A stretch of 64,000 nucleotides of DNA from Oceanispirochaeta sp. (GCA_963666275.2 CAXXOA010000001.1:2336001-2400000); one strand, 5' to 3'. Positions 28,441 to 39,230 are shown, numbered from the stretch's first letter. The notes: generated by a model not told the origin, from the sequence alone. A program made the numbers and translations.

Positions 28441-29633
28441 TCGGGCACCGCCCGGGCTATAAAAGCTTCAGCCTCGCCCTCCCGGGAACTGAGATTGATG
28501 CCCCTCCCGCCGGAAGGGATGAAACATGACTCCCCTTTTGACAGCTCCAGAACCGATTCATGATCCCGGACGGTCAGGGATCCTCTGACCACCACAAGAA
28601 TGGAAACAGGATACCCTGCCTCCAGATGGAGAGCGGAAACTTTCCTGTCCAGCTTTACCGATACAAGCTGAAACTCTCCGGATGGAGTGGGATACAGGGA
28701 TGTTCCGTCGGGAAGTATCCGGGAGCGGAGAATTTCCGGAGCCCCTGAAGAGAAGGTCAGGGTCTTCATAAGTTCGTCCACATCCATATATTTGGGAGTG
28801 AGTCCTCCTCTGAGAACATTGTCAGAGTTCGCCATAAGTTCCACACCGAATCCCTTCAGATAGGCATGAAGCTCCCCTGCCGGCAGAAACAGGGCTTCTC
28901 CCGGCTGAAGGCAGAGTGTATTCAGATACAGAGGCGCCAGGATCCCGATATCCCCGGGATACTTCTCCTGAAGAGCCAGGACCCATCGGGCAGCGTCGTC
29001 TTCCTGTCCATCACACCAGCTCAGAGCAGCAGTCAGCAGGGGCACTTTCTCCCTCTCTTCCAGGTTCATGAGGGAACTGAAAAAGGTCCTGAGAAACCCT
29101 TCGTTATTTTCACTGTCCTCAGGAAGAAGAGCCGCAGAAAGAGAAGACGGCAGCCAGGGAAGGAAGAAATTCCGGATTTCTTCGGGATCCCGGAACCCTT
29201 TCATTGCCCAGTAGGGGGTGAGTGCACAGATAATCTCTGGTTTATGGTTATCGTCCTTGTAGTTTCTGTTGAATCCGTCCAGAGGAATTCCCATGGCATT
29301 TTCCCTGGCAAATCCCTCTTCCGCCTGCTCTTTGCTGGGATGGGCCTGAATGGAGAGAGGCTCTCCCGCAGCCAGCAGTTTAAAGAGAAAGGGAAGGTTG
29401 CCGAATTTCCTGTTCAGGGATTTTCCGATGAATCTCTCCGGATCAGCCTGAATGAGATCCGACAGAGGGGTCTGTTTCCCTCCGGAAAGATCAACGATAG
29501 ACCCTCCCCGGGGATGAACTCCCATCCATAATTCTGCCAGAGGGCCTTTCTGATCAGTTCCGATAAGCTCCTGGAGATACTCTTTTGATCCCCAGGCGTA
29601 GTCCTGTATGGTATTGAACATTTTCAGTATCAT
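28437..29633 (-). CDS. manA: Mannose-6-phosphate isomerase class I
   Basis: YAWGS, AELWMGVHP, LSIQAHP, DDNHKPE, HAY, MANSDNVLRGGLT. Confidence 0.96.
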   Translation of the reverse strand: MILKMFNTIQDYAWGSKEYLQELIGTDQKGPLAELWMGVHPRGGSIVDLSGGKQTPLSDLIQADPERFIGKSLNRKFGNLPFLFKLLAAGEPLSIQAHPSKEQAEEGFARENAMGIPLDGFNRNYKDDNHKPEIICALTPYWAMKGFRDPEEIRNFFLPWLPSSLSAALLPEDSENNEGFLRTFFSSLMNLEEREKVPLLTAALSWCDGQEDDAARWVLALQEKYPGDIGILAPLYLNTLCLQPGEALFLPAGELHAYLKGFGVELMANSDNVLRGGLTPKYMDVDELMKTLTFSSGAPEILRSRILPDGTSLYPTPSGEFQLVSVKLDRKVSALHLEAGYPVSILVVVRGSLTVRDHESVLELSKGESCFIPSGGRGINLSSREGEAEAFIARAVPE

Positions 29634-29714
29634 ACTTTCTATTATAATCAAATGTGAGATTCTGACAAACCGTCGGTAATTTCGCTCCGCAGATAGCCTG
29701 AGTATCCTAAAAAA

Positions 29715-30737
29715 TCAGACAGAGTCCCCTTCCACAAGCCGGGGAAGAATCGTCCGGCTTCTGGGATCCCCCTCTTGGCCGTCGCTTTTCAGTATTTCAA
29801 GCAGCATACTTACACATTCCCTGTACAGAACCGCCGGCCTGAGATCAACAGAGGCCAGGCTAAAGGGCAGCACATAGTTGAAAGGCATGTTGTCGTAGCC
29901 GATAAGTCCCACATCCCGTCCTGGCTTTATTCCCCGGTCCAGGAGGCACTGGATCACACCAACCGCAGTCATATCATTGACAATTCCCAGAGAGTCCACC
30001 TCTCCCTTCCGGATAGAATCGATAAGGGTCTCCGCGGCTTCATACCCCCCCTTCTTACCGGGTTCACTCAATAGAAGGGGAACCTCCCGTGAATCACCAT
30101 AGGCATTCTGAAACCCCTCATAGCGCTGCCTGCTTGAAAGGATAAGCTCCGGCAGGTATGAGATATAAACAGGTTTTTCATACCCCTCTGACTTCAGATA
30201 GGCACCAGCCAGCTCCCCGCCGGCGGTGTTGTCGGTTGAACAGCGGTTGCAACCCCTATAGTCCATTGTGTGGTGACCGATTACAGTGGGGACTGAACAG
30301 GAGGCCACAGCTTCGGCTTCCCGGGGATCATCAATATCAAAGAAAATAATCCCGTCACACTCTTTCTCCCAGGAGACGGAAGAGATTTCCTCTGCCGAAT
30401 GGAGAGATTTCAGATTCAGACGGTACATGGAATCTTCCACCACATCCAGTATGCCCTGCAGAACATCTGTAAAGAACCATTTGGCTCCGGGAAAATCTCC
30501 CCAGTACCAGGGGCGGTCCTTTTTTCTGATGCTCACCAGAGAGATCTGCCCGGTCCCCTTCCGTCTGAGGGCACTGGCCGATTTGTCCGGAGAGTACCCC
30601 AGCTGCCTGGCAGCTTTCAGTACCGCCTCTCTTCTGGCGGGAGAGACTTTTTCCGGCGTGTTATAGACCCTTGAAACCGTTGCGCTTGAGACACCGGCCA
30701 GACTGGCCACCCGGTCCCGGGTATTTTTACTGCTCAT
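29715..30737 (-). CDS. LacI family transcriptional regulator (probable gal repressor)
   Basis: VASLAGVSSATVSRV HTH; divergent from galTK. Confidence 0.92.
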   Translation of the reverse strand: MSSKNTRDRVASLAGVSSATVSRVYNTPEKVSPARREAVLKAARQLGYSPDKSASALRRKGTGQISLVSIRKKDRPWYWGDFPGAKWFFTDVLQGILDVVEDSMYRLNLKSLHSAEEISSVSWEKECDGIIFFDIDDPREAEAVASCSVPTVIGHHTMDYRGCNRCSTDNTAGGELAGAYLKSEGYEKPVYISYLPELILSSRQRYEGFQNAYGDSREVPLLLSEPGKKGGYEAAETLIDSIRKGEVDSLGIVNDMTAVGVIQCLLDRGIKPGRDVGLIGYDNMPFNYVLPFSLASVDLRPAVLYRECVSMLLEILKSDGQEGDPRSRTILPRLVEGDSV

Positions 30738-30751
30738 ACCTTATTCTATCC

Positions 30752-30791
30752 TTGACAAACCTGATTGCCAATAGTATTGTACTCGTGTACA
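30752..30791 (+). promoter_or_regulatory. galT promoter with overlapping LacI-type operator
   Basis: TTGACA-17-TATTGT, then near-palindrome TGTACTCGTGTACA (30778-30791) with a central CG. Confidence 0.7.
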
Positions 30792-30894
30792 TATTTATAT
30801 TCAACTACCTGTTTCCTCAGCAGGTTGCAAGTTCTTAACAATAAAGCTTTCAATGCCGGGGAAAATTCATAAAGCTTTTAGATGGAGGAAGAAA

Positions 30895-31956
30895 ATGGAA
30901 AAAACCGATCTGCAGGAACACCCCCATAGAAGATACAATCCCCTGACGGGAGAATGGATTAAAGTCTCTCCCCACAGGACAAAACGCCCCTGGAACGGCC
31001 AGGTGGAAAAACCCATGCTGGAAAAGAAGCCCCCCTACGATCCGGGATGCTATCTCTGTCCGGAAAATGAAAGAGCCGGAGGGCATAAAAACCCCGGTTA
31101 TACAGGAACATTTGTCTTTGACAATGATTTTGCCGCCCTTCTGGAGGACACTCCGGAAGGAAGTTTCAAAGAGGGTGATCTCTTTCAGGCCAGAAGCGAA
31201 CGGGGGATCTGCCGGGTGATCTGCTTCTCTCCCCGTCATGACCTGACCCTGTCCCTGATGGAAGTCCCTCAGATAGAAGGAGTTGTGAAAACCTGGCAGC
31301 AGGAGTACAGCGATCTGGGAAGCCGGGATTTCATCAATCATGTCCAGATTTTTGAAAACAGGGGCGCTGTGATGGGCTGTTCCAATCCCCATCCCCACGG
31401 CCAGATCTGGGCGGAGGAGATTATTCCTGATATCCCCGCAGCGGAAGGCGGCAATCAGAAAAAATATCTTGAAAAAAACGGCATTCCTCTTCTGGAGGAG
31501 TATGTGAAAAAAGAGATGGAATCCGGTGAAAGGATTATTTTTTCCAACGACAGTTTTGCCGCACTTGTTCCCTTCTGGGCGGTCTGGCCCTATGAGGCGA
31601 TGATCCTCCCCCTCTCCCCCCTCAGCTCAATCGATAGGATGAATGCCAAACAGGTCACAGATCTGGCGGATGCCCTGAAACGGATGGGAACCCGATTCGA
31701 CAATCTTTTCCAGACCAGCTTTCCCTACTCCATGGGAATTCATCAGGCCCCTACGGACGGAAAGGAGCACCCGGAGTGGACAATGCATATTCACTACTAC
31801 CCGCCTCTGCTCCGCAGCGCCACTGTCAAAAAATTTATGGTGGGATATGAAATGCTGGGTATGCCCCAGAGGGATATTACAGCCGAAGGAAGTGCTCAAA
31901 GCCTGAGGAACTGCCCGGAAGAGCACTACACCACAACTCTGGAGAACAGCAAATGA
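30895..31956 (+). CDS. galT: Galactose-1-phosphate uridylyltransferase
   Basis: HRRYNPLTGEW, GCSNPHPHGQ, LLRSATVKKFMVGYE; GGAGG RBS. Confidence 0.97.
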   Translation: MEKTDLQEHPHRRYNPLTGEWIKVSPHRTKRPWNGQVEKPMLEKKPPYDPGCYLCPENERAGGHKNPGYTGTFVFDNDFAALLEDTPEGSFKEGDLFQARSERGICRVICFSPRHDLTLSLMEVPQIEGVVKTWQQEYSDLGSRDFINHVQIFENRGAVMGCSNPHPHGQIWAEEIIPDIPAAEGGNQKKYLEKNGIPLLEEYVKKEMESGERIIFSNDSFAALVPFWAVWPYEAMILPLSPLSSIDRMNAKQVTDLADALKRMGTRFDNLFQTSFPYSMGIHQAPTDGKEHPEWTMHIHYYPPLLRSATVKKFMVGYEMLGMPQRDITAEGSAQSLRNCPEEHYTTTLENSK

Positions 31957-33230
31957 AGAGCACTCAGATAATAAGCCGTCTGAATGAGGGCAAACTCAAT
32001 TCCCTTTTTGAAGAACTATACGGAGAAAAGGGCCTGAGAGGACAGAACCGCCGATGGACAGAGCTTGTACAACGGCATGAAGCCCTCTTCGGCGATCAGG
32101 ATATATCTCTTTTCAGCACTCCCGGACGGACCGAACTGGGAGGAAACCATACGGATCACAATCACGGAAGAGTGCTGGCAGGGTCCATAAACCTGGACAC
32201 CATAGCAGCTGTATCCCTCACAAATGATACAAAAGTCATACTGGACTCGGAAGGATACCCCCCTGTGGAAATCGATATTTCCCTTCAGGATAAGGTTTCC
32301 GGAGAGGAAGGGAAAACTGAGTCCCTGATCCGGGGGATTGCCGCCCGGTTCACCCAGCTGGGCTACAGAACCGGCGGCTTCAGAGCCAATACCACAAGCA
32401 GCGTCCTGAAAGGTTCAGGTCTGAGTTCTTCGGCGGCCCTGGAGGTTCTGGTAGGGACCATATTCAGTGCTCTTTTCAATGGGAACATGGTGACAAGCAC
32501 GGAGATTGCCCAGATCGGGCAGTATGCGGAAAACGAATACTTCGGCAAACCCTGCGGTCTGATGGATCAGGTTGCCTGCGCCAACGGAGGAATCGTCGCT
32601 ATTGATTTCAGAAACCCCGATGCCCCGAAAATAACACCTGTGGTTTACAACTTCCAGAAAGCCGGATACACCCTGATGGTGGTGGACACCGGAGGCAACC
32701 ATGCGGATCTGACACCGGAATATTCTGCCATTCCCGCTGAAATGCGATCGGTGGCCGCCTTTTTCGACAAAGAGAACTGCCGGGAAGTGGCCGAAACGGA
32801 GATTCTGGGAGCCCTGCAGGAGCTGAGAAAGAAAACCGGAGACAGAGCCATCCTGAGAGCGCTGCATTTTCTGCATGACAACGCCAGGGTGGAAGCTCAG
32901 GTGGAGTCTCTGCGGGAAAATGATATAGAAACATTCCTCCATCAGGTGAACAGTTCGGGAAAATCCTCCTTTTGTTATCTTCAGAATGTCTACCCCGGGA
33001 AAGAACCGCAAGAACAGGGCATCAGCCTGGCTCTGAACCTGACAGAGAGTTTCCTCCACGGAGAGGGCGCCTGCCGGGTCCACGGCGGTGGATTTGCCGG
33101 AACCATTCAGGTGTATATCCCTAACGAACGGGCTGTAGAGTATCAGAAATACATGAGCCTTTTCTTCGGCGAAGGTTCTGTAACGCCTCTGAGAATCCGG
33201 CCTCTTTCCTCCATGATGGTACTCTCATAA
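31953..33230 (+). CDS. galK: Galactokinase
   Basis: PGRTELGGNHTDH, GSGLSSSAA, CGLMDQ, HGGGFAG. Confidence 0.93.
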   Translation: MKSTQIISRLNEGKLNSLFEELYGEKGLRGQNRRWTELVQRHEALFGDQDISLFSTPGRTELGGNHTDHNHGRVLAGSINLDTIAAVSLTNDTKVILDSEGYPPVEIDISLQDKVSGEEGKTESLIRGIAARFTQLGYRTGGFRANTTSSVLKGSGLSSSAALEVLVGTIFSALFNGNMVTSTEIAQIGQYAENEYFGKPCGLMDQVACANGGIVAIDFRNPDAPKITPVVYNFQKAGYTLMVVDTGGNHADLTPEYSAIPAEMRSVAAFFDKENCREVAETEILGALQELRKKTGDRAILRALHFLHDNARVEAQVESLRENDIETFLHQVNSSGKSSFCYLQNVYPGKEPQEQGISLALNLTESFLHGEGACRVHGGGFAGTIQVYIPNERAVEYQKYMSLFFGEGSVTPLRIRPLSSMMVLS

Positions 33231-33238
33231 CCTTCAGT

Positions 33239-33334
33239 GGGCTTTGGCGAGCTCAAACCTGACCTGGACCAGCACACAGGATAAATCAGGGCTTCGGCGG
33301 GTGACTGATTTGCCTGAAAGTCTCCCGGCAGCCC
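33239..33334 (+). ncRNA. Candidate structured RNA of unknown class
   Basis: Terminal stem GGGCT/AGCCC; inner stem CAGGATAAATCAG/CTGATTTGCCTG; apical GC-UUCG-GC tetraloop. Confidence 0.35.
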
Positions 33335-33478
33335 TCCCGAAAAAGTTCAGAATATCTCTATAGTGCAGAAATTTACATCTATCAGGAAAGACATTCATAC
33401 TGGATAGAAAGTCTTTGGAAAGGCCTCTGGGAATCCTTTTTTTTGTAACCAGCCGATTAGTGAAGTATATTCCAGTAT

Positions 33479-34663
33479 ATGACAAGAAACAGATGCTCAT
33501 TGAAAACACGCGCCCTGCTATATGGCGTTTTTGCCATTGCGGCCATTTTCCTTTTTGTTGTTACCGCCTGCAGCTCCGGTGTATACCAGAAACAGGACAG
33601 CTATGGCGGAGTCCCGGCTGAGAATGAAGCCCCCGCTCCCATGCTTCTTCGCAGTGAGTCCGTTGCAGCGGACAGCGTCATGGCGGTGGAAGATGAGTTT
33701 ATCATGGAATCAGACACATCTTCCGAACCGGTCCCGGAGAATTCGGACATGCGGAAAAGGATATACAACGGTTCGGCAGGACTAGTCGTGGAGGATCTGG
33801 AGAAAACCCGGAAATCCCTGGAAGATCTGACGACCCGATCGAACGGGTATGTGGAGCAGTCCTACAGGGATTACCTGGTTCTGCGGATACCGGCAGAACA
33901 GTTTGACACAATTTTTGCCCGGATCCTGGGTATGGGATCAGTCAAATACCAGTCCGTGGAAACCTGGGACGTGACAGATCAGTATGCTGATATACAGGCC
34001 AGACTGACCACAGCCGAAGCCACAAGAGAGAGGCTCTATACCCTACTGGAAAGGAGCACCGATCCGGAAGAGAGAGCCAGGATACTCCGGGAAATCGGCA
34101 GGCTCACAGAAGAGATTGAATCTATCAAGCAGCAGGTTCAGATCCTGGACAGCCGGATTGCCTTTTCCAGGATCACAGTGGAACTGATTCCCCGGCTTCA
34201 GGAAGACAGAACGGGACAGGATATTCCCTTCGGCTGGATTGAATCCCTGAATCCCTTAAGCCCGGTTTCCGACAAGCTCAAAGCAAGGATGGATCTGAAC
34301 CCGGGAGAGGATTTTGCCGTTTTTGCCAGAGAGGATATCTACCTGGCCGAAGATGCCTCAGGAACCAGCATATCCGTGAGTTCTGTGGAAAACTCCCCCC
34401 GTGGCGACAGCCTGTTCTGGCAGAAAGCTCTGGTTCACTATCTGAGCGGCTACTACGCCTCCTACACGGAAAAAGAGCTTTCCTTCGGTGATAAAGAACT
34501 AAAGGGTGTGGAGTTTGTCAGCAAAGACACAGCCCCCTACCGCTATTTCGTGGGAGTTGCGGTTGATAAGGATGATCTTCATATTGTGGAGATATTCTCT
34601 CCCCGGAGTGATCGGGATTTCAGCGATCTCTACAAAGCCCTGAAAGAAGGAGAATGCAGATGA
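33479..34663 (+). CDS. DUF4349-domain lipoprotein
   Basis: VTAC lipobox; LVLRIP, DVTDQYAD, coiled coil, FSRITV. Confidence 0.8.
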   Translation: MTRNRCSLKTRALLYGVFAIAAIFLFVVTACSSGVYQKQDSYGGVPAENEAPAPMLLRSESVAADSVMAVEDEFIMESDTSSEPVPENSDMRKRIYNGSAGLVVEDLEKTRKSLEDLTTRSNGYVEQSYRDYLVLRIPAEQFDTIFARILGMGSVKYQSVETWDVTDQYADIQARLTTAEATRERLYTLLERSTDPEERARILREIGRLTEEIESIKQQVQILDSRIAFSRITVELIPRLQEDRTGQDIPFGWIESLNPLSPVSDKLKARMDLNPGEDFAVFAREDIYLAEDASGTSISVSSVENSPRGDSLFWQKALVHYLSGYYASYTEKELSFGDKELKGVEFVSKDTAPYRYFVGVAVDKDDLHIVEIFSPRSDRDFSDLYKALKEGECR

Positions 34664-35655
34664 GTACCCTGAAAAAGAAAATCCTGCTCCTTCTGTCTCT
34701 AACCACTCTTCTCTCTTCTTTCCTAACAGCCCAGGAAGAGGACACCCTCGCTTTTGAAGTCCATGCCCGGCTCCTGGTGCAGAACAGGCAGACAGCCTCT
34801 GACGAACTGGCCCGATGGGCCGAATCCCGGGGAGGATACTTCACCCGGAAAACTGATGAAATCATCGATTTCCGCGTTCCCGATGAGCAGATAGTCTCCC
34901 TTGTCTCCTATCTGGAAGAGATTAGCCTTGAGGTTGTGGAATACAGTCAGAGTACTTCCGATCTGAGGGAACAGCTCCTCAGCAGCCGCTCCGCTCTGGA
35001 AGCCCGGGAGGAAATTCTGGCCAAGAACATCTCCTATATAGACTCTTCCGATGTAGAGGGAACCCTGACCCTGGAAAAGGAGATCCGCCGGCTGATGAAT
35101 GAAATAGACAGCTACAGAGGCCGTCTGCGGAGGATGCAGAATGACAGGCAATTCGCCCGGGTGGAAGTTCTTCTCACCTTTCAGAGTCAGAGCATCCCCG
35201 ACTCCCGTCCCTCCCGGTTCGACTGGATCAATCAGGTGGATTTCTACTCCTTTATGAACTCCTCCATCCTCACCCCCCGAAGCGGATGGGGCGGACCGGA
35301 AATAACCCTGCCCGAAGGTTTCGCCCTGGTGGATGACAAACCCCGCTTCCTGGCGGTTTCACCGGAAGGGGTCAGGATACGGGTATCCCGGAGAGAGAAC
35401 TATCCCCAGCAGTCCCGGGATTTCTGGAAGGATGCGCTTTTTACTAATATGGAAGACCGGGGTTATATTTCCCTGGACAGCTCCTCATCGATCAACCTGG
35501 GAGGAGAGGATTTTGCCGTCCGCTGGTGGGGCGTTCCCTACGGAAATGAGGACTACAGCTATATTACAGGGCTGCGGCTCAGCAAGGGGAAAATCGAGGT
35601 TCTTGAGATTGCCGGACCCGCAGTTTTTGTAAAGGAATACTTCCAAAATCATTAA
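34660..35655 (+). CDS. DUF4349-domain exported protein (paralogue of the preceding gene)
   Basis: Signal peptide; FRVP, DLREQ, coiled coil, FARVEV; ATGA overlap with the upstream gene. Confidence 0.75.
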   Translation: MSTLKKKILLLLSLTTLLSSFLTAQEEDTLAFEVHARLLVQNRQTASDELARWAESRGGYFTRKTDEIIDFRVPDEQIVSLVSYLEEISLEVVEYSQSTSDLREQLLSSRSALEAREEILAKNISYIDSSDVEGTLTLEKEIRRLMNEIDSYRGRLRRMQNDRQFARVEVLLTFQSQSIPDSRPSRFDWINQVDFYSFMNSSILTPRSGWGGPEITLPEGFALVDDKPRFLAVSPEGVRIRVSRRENYPQQSRDFWKDALFTNMEDRGYISLDSSSSINLGGEDFAVRWWGVPYGNEDYSYITGLRLSKGKIEVLEIAGPAVFVKEYFQNH

Positions 35656-35794
35656 TTATTCATGAATTATTGATTTTTTTTGTAATATCTCACTCATTTT
35701 TCATGTTTTACTTATTGAAAAAATGAACACAAGGATTATACTTTATGGTAGTGTGTTTTTTTACACGGAAACTATAATTTAAAGGAAAGGTATT

Positions 35795-37306
35795 ATGAAA
35801 AAACTTTTAATCCTTATGATGATCCTGCTGGTCAGCACCGGCATGATCTTCGCTACGGACATTGATGGATTTGAATCTCTGTCCAGCCAGGCTACCTATG
35901 GTCTGTTCGGAAATGTTATGGATGATGCATCCAGTGTAGGTTCAGGATTCAGTGAAATCGAAGATAATTATCTCTTTGGAGGTATTATTGCTAACCCCGA
36001 ACAGCAGACTGATGCAGGATCAAATAGCACATTTGTATCCGGATACTACAATACAGGAGAAAAACCCTGGTCAGTATTCGGTTATTTTGATTTTTCAGGA
36101 GCTGACAGAGGAACCAGTTCAACACCAGTAAATGATACAGAAGAAACAGTTGTATATAATGTAGCTGGTGAAAAAACAACAACAACTTATGATGTACCCG
36201 GATACGACACGATCAATACACAACTTCAGTTTCTAAAGACTTTTGCTGTTAAAGATCTTGATTTCGATACCGGTTTACGACTTTCTATTAGTATGGTAGA
36301 TGGTAGATTAGCTGCAGATAACTATACTATAGATAGTAAAGTAACTGGTTCAGTTTACAAAGATACTTTCACTCAGGAATACCAGGATCCGAATGGATCA
36401 ATCATGGCAGGATCAGGACCTGATGGTGATGAAACTCCTTCATCATTGACTTTTGGTGCCAATTTACCATTTTATATGGAACTGAATGGATTGGAACATT
36501 CTGGTGCAGTTTCTTTTTCAAGAACATCCAATGATTATTCTTACACAATAGACCAGAAAAACACTACAGCGAACACTTCCTATAGTGAGTCTCTTGATGC
36601 TAAAACAGGTACCAGTACAATTAGTGCATGGTACCAGTTAACTAAAGAATTGGGTCCCGGAGATCTTTCTCCATATGTTAGCATAGCAAGAACTAAGGGC
36701 TTTTATGATTATACCTACAAAGATGATAACGGAACAGTGACAACTAAAACAACTTATGAAGGTGAATATGAACCCGGATTTACTTTTGTGATTGGTTCTG
36801 AATACAGCATGGAATTTCAACCTGCAGGAGACTGGCTTCAGTTTAAAATGAAACCTGGAGCCTTTTACATGAGAGCAACAGATTCTTATCTATCTGGCTC
36901 TAAAACATCATCAACTTCTGGAGGAATAACAAGTACTACAGAAGAAGAAAAGGCTATTGATAAAACCATCACAAATACTCTCGAGGCAAGTCTTAAATCC
37001 GCAGTTGAGATGAAACCTGAAAACTGGTTTTTCGGTTTCCAGATGGGAAGCATGATTACTATGGGATGGGAAAAGCAAACGAATGAGTTAAAAGCAGCTG
37101 ATACTGTAGACAACGCAGGTAATGTTACAGCTAACAAAGATACCACTAATACTGTTAACTATATTGACTGGACCTCTACGGTTGATATGGAATACGGTTT
37201 CTTTGTTCCTTTACCCGATGACTACAGACTGGATTTCAAACTCTTTACAAATGAATTAACAGATTTTGAACAGATAGCTGTCGAACTGATTGTTCCCCTC
37301 AAATAA
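35795..37306 (+). CDS. Secreted, probably outer-membrane beta-barrel / outer sheath protein
   Basis: Signal peptide; T/Y/G/D-rich alternating strands; own promoter (TTGAAA-16-TATACT, 35715-35742), strong RBS and terminator. Confidence 0.7.
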   Translation: MKKLLILMMILLVSTGMIFATDIDGFESLSSQATYGLFGNVMDDASSVGSGFSEIEDNYLFGGIIANPEQQTDAGSNSTFVSGYYNTGEKPWSVFGYFDFSGADRGTSSTPVNDTEETVVYNVAGEKTTTTYDVPGYDTINTQLQFLKTFAVKDLDFDTGLRLSISMVDGRLAADNYTIDSKVTGSVYKDTFTQEYQDPNGSIMAGSGPDGDETPSSLTFGANLPFYMELNGLEHSGAVSFSRTSNDYSYTIDQKNTTANTSYSESLDAKTGTSTISAWYQLTKELGPGDLSPYVSIARTKGFYDYTYKDDNGTVTTKTTYEGEYEPGFTFVIGSEYSMEFQPAGDWLQFKMKPGAFYMRATDSYLSGSKTSSTSGGITSTTEEEKAIDKTITNTLEASLKSAVEMKPENWFFGFQMGSMITMGWEKQTNELKAADTVDNAGNVTANKDTTNTVNYIDWTSTVDMEYGFFVPLPDDYRLDFKLFTNELTDFEQIAVELIVPLK

Positions 37307-37347
37307 TTACGCGCTCTAAGTTGTTAGTCACAATGTAATTTATACTT

Positions 37348-37378
37348 ACCCCGGGTTCTCCTGAATCCGGGGTTTTTT
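37348..37378 (+). terminator. Intrinsic terminator
   Basis: ACCCCGGGTTC-TCCT-GAATCCGGGGT followed by a T run. Confidence 0.85.
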
Positions 37379-37554
37379 CATGGGTATGGAATTATCCTTT
37401 CCCTTGACCTTCCCCCCCAATCTCTTTATAAACATAGATAGCATCAACAATACCGGGAATTTGAATCTACCCTTCATAGGTTGGATTTTCCTGACCCGGG
37501 TCAAAATATCATTCGTCCCTGCGGGGACACATCCAATACAAGGAGTTTTACCTT

Positions 37555-39210
37555 ATGAGTGAATTATCACCACTTCAGAAAGCCCGGTACGAGTACCAGC
37601 CCAAACTGCCCGCTGTACTTCAGGGAGATATCAAAAACATTACCTGCGAACTGGGAGAACCCACTGAATCTGTAGCGGATCAGGCGGCTGTAAAAGATCT
37701 TTTTGAAAAGACTTACGGAAATCCCGTTGCCCGCTTTGTTAAGGGTACCAACGAGAACGCCGGAAAGAAAATGAACCTGGGAGTCATCCTTTCAGGCGGT
37801 CAGGCCCCTGGCGGACACAATGTAATTGCCGGTATCTACGACGGACTGAAAAACTCCAATCCCGAGTCCAAACTCTATGGATTTCTGGGCGGCCCCGCCG
37901 GTATCATGAACGGAAAACTGGTGGAAATCGATGACGCCATGATGGATGCCTACAGAAACACCGGAGGATTCGACATCATCGGTTCGGGCCGGGACAAACT
38001 GGAAACGGAAGAACAGTTTGAAATGTCCCTGGCTACCTGCCGGAAATACGACATTACCGGTGTGGTTATCATCGGCGGTGACGACTCCAATACCAACGGA
38101 GCGATCCTGGCAGAGTACTTTGCCAAGAAAGAGACAGGGATTACCGTAGTGGGAGCTCCCAAAACCATCGACGGCGACCTGAAAAACGAATACATTGAAA
38201 CCTCTTTCGGTTTTGATACTGCTACAAAAACCTATTCCGAGCTGATCGGAAACATCGAAAAAGACTCCAACTCCGCCAAAAAATACTGGCACTTCATCAA
38301 GCTCATGGGAAGAAGCGCTTCTCACATCGCTCTGGAATGTGCCCTACAGACCCAGCCTAATGTCTGTATCATCTCTGAAGAAGTGGAACAGAAAAAAATG
38401 ACCCTGGCCCAGGTTGTAGACCAGATCACGGCTGTGGTTGCCAAAAGAGCGGAAAAAGGTCTGAATTTCGGTGTTGCCCTGATTCCCGAAGGACTGATTG
38501 AGTTTATCCCTGAAGTGGGAAAACTGATCGGCCAGCTGAATGACCTGATGGCTCACCACGAAGCGGAATTCAACGCTCTGGACTTTGGGGCTCAGCAGAA
38601 ATGGCTGGGTGAAAAACTGGATGCTGCCGCAGCAGCTGTTTTCGCTTCCCTGCCTGTATCCATCCAGCAGCAGCTTCTCATGGACAGAGACCCCCACGGA
38701 AACGTACAGGTATCACGGATCGAGACAGAAAAGCTTCTGATCGAGATGGTAGATACCAGACTGAAAGAGATGAAAGCCGCTGGTACTTTCTCCGGCAAGT
38801 TCAATGCTCTGGCTCACTTCTTCGGTTATGAAGGCCGCTGTGCATTCCCCTCCAACTTTGATGCAGACTACTGCTACTCACTGGGTTACTCAGCCTTTAT
38901 CCTGATGTCTCACGGTCTGACCGGTTACATTTCCAATGTAGCAGATCTTCAGAAACCTGCTGCAGAGTGGGTTCCCGGCGGTTGTCCTCTGACAATGATG
39001 ATGAATATGGAACAGAGACACGGTTCACAGAAACCGGTTATCAGAAAAGCACTGGTAGAACTGGATGGCAAACCTTTTAAAGCTTTTGCCGCCAAAAGAG
39101 ATGAATGGGCAGTGGAAACCGCCTTCACCTTTCCCGGAGCGATTCAGTACTATGGTCCCGATTCTGTTTGTAATCAGCCTACTGAAACTCTGAAATACGA
39201 AAAAGCCTGA
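37555..39210 (+). CDS. pfp: PPi-dependent phosphofructokinase
   Basis: [34 protein letters not shown]. Confidence 0.96.
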   Translation: MSELSPLQKARYEYQPKLPAVLQGDIKNITCELGEPTESVADQAAVKDLFEKTYGNPVARFVKGTNENAGKKMNLGVILSGGQAPGGHNVIAGIYDGLKNSNPESKLYGFLGGPAGIMNGKLVEIDDAMMDAYRNTGGFDIIGSGRDKLETEEQFEMSLATCRKYDITGVVIIGGDDSNTNGAILAEYFAKKETGITVVGAPKTIDGDLKNEYIETSFGFDTATKTYSELIGNIEKDSNSAKKYWHFIKLMGRSASHIALECALQTQPNVCIISEEVEQKKMTLAQVVDQITAVVAKRAEKGLNFGVALIPEGLIEFIPEVGKLIGQLNDLMAHHEAEFNALDFGAQQKWLGEKLDAAAAAVFASLPVSIQQQLLMDRDPHGNVQVSRIETEKLLIEMVDTRLKEMKAAGTFSGKFNALAHFFGYEGRCAFPSNFDADYCYSLGYSAFILMSHGLTGYISNVADLQKPAAEWVPGGCPLTMMMNMEQRHGSQKPVIRKALVELDGKPFKAFAAKRDEWAVETAFTFPGAIQYYGPDSVCNQPTETLKYEKA

Positions 39211-39230
39211 CTTTTTTAACTGATCATATC

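Noticed and set aside
33239..33334. SRP RNA (ffs), suggested by CAGGTCAGG on the minus strand
   Set aside because: It lacks the following GNRA-capped helix and AGCAG internal-loop motif.
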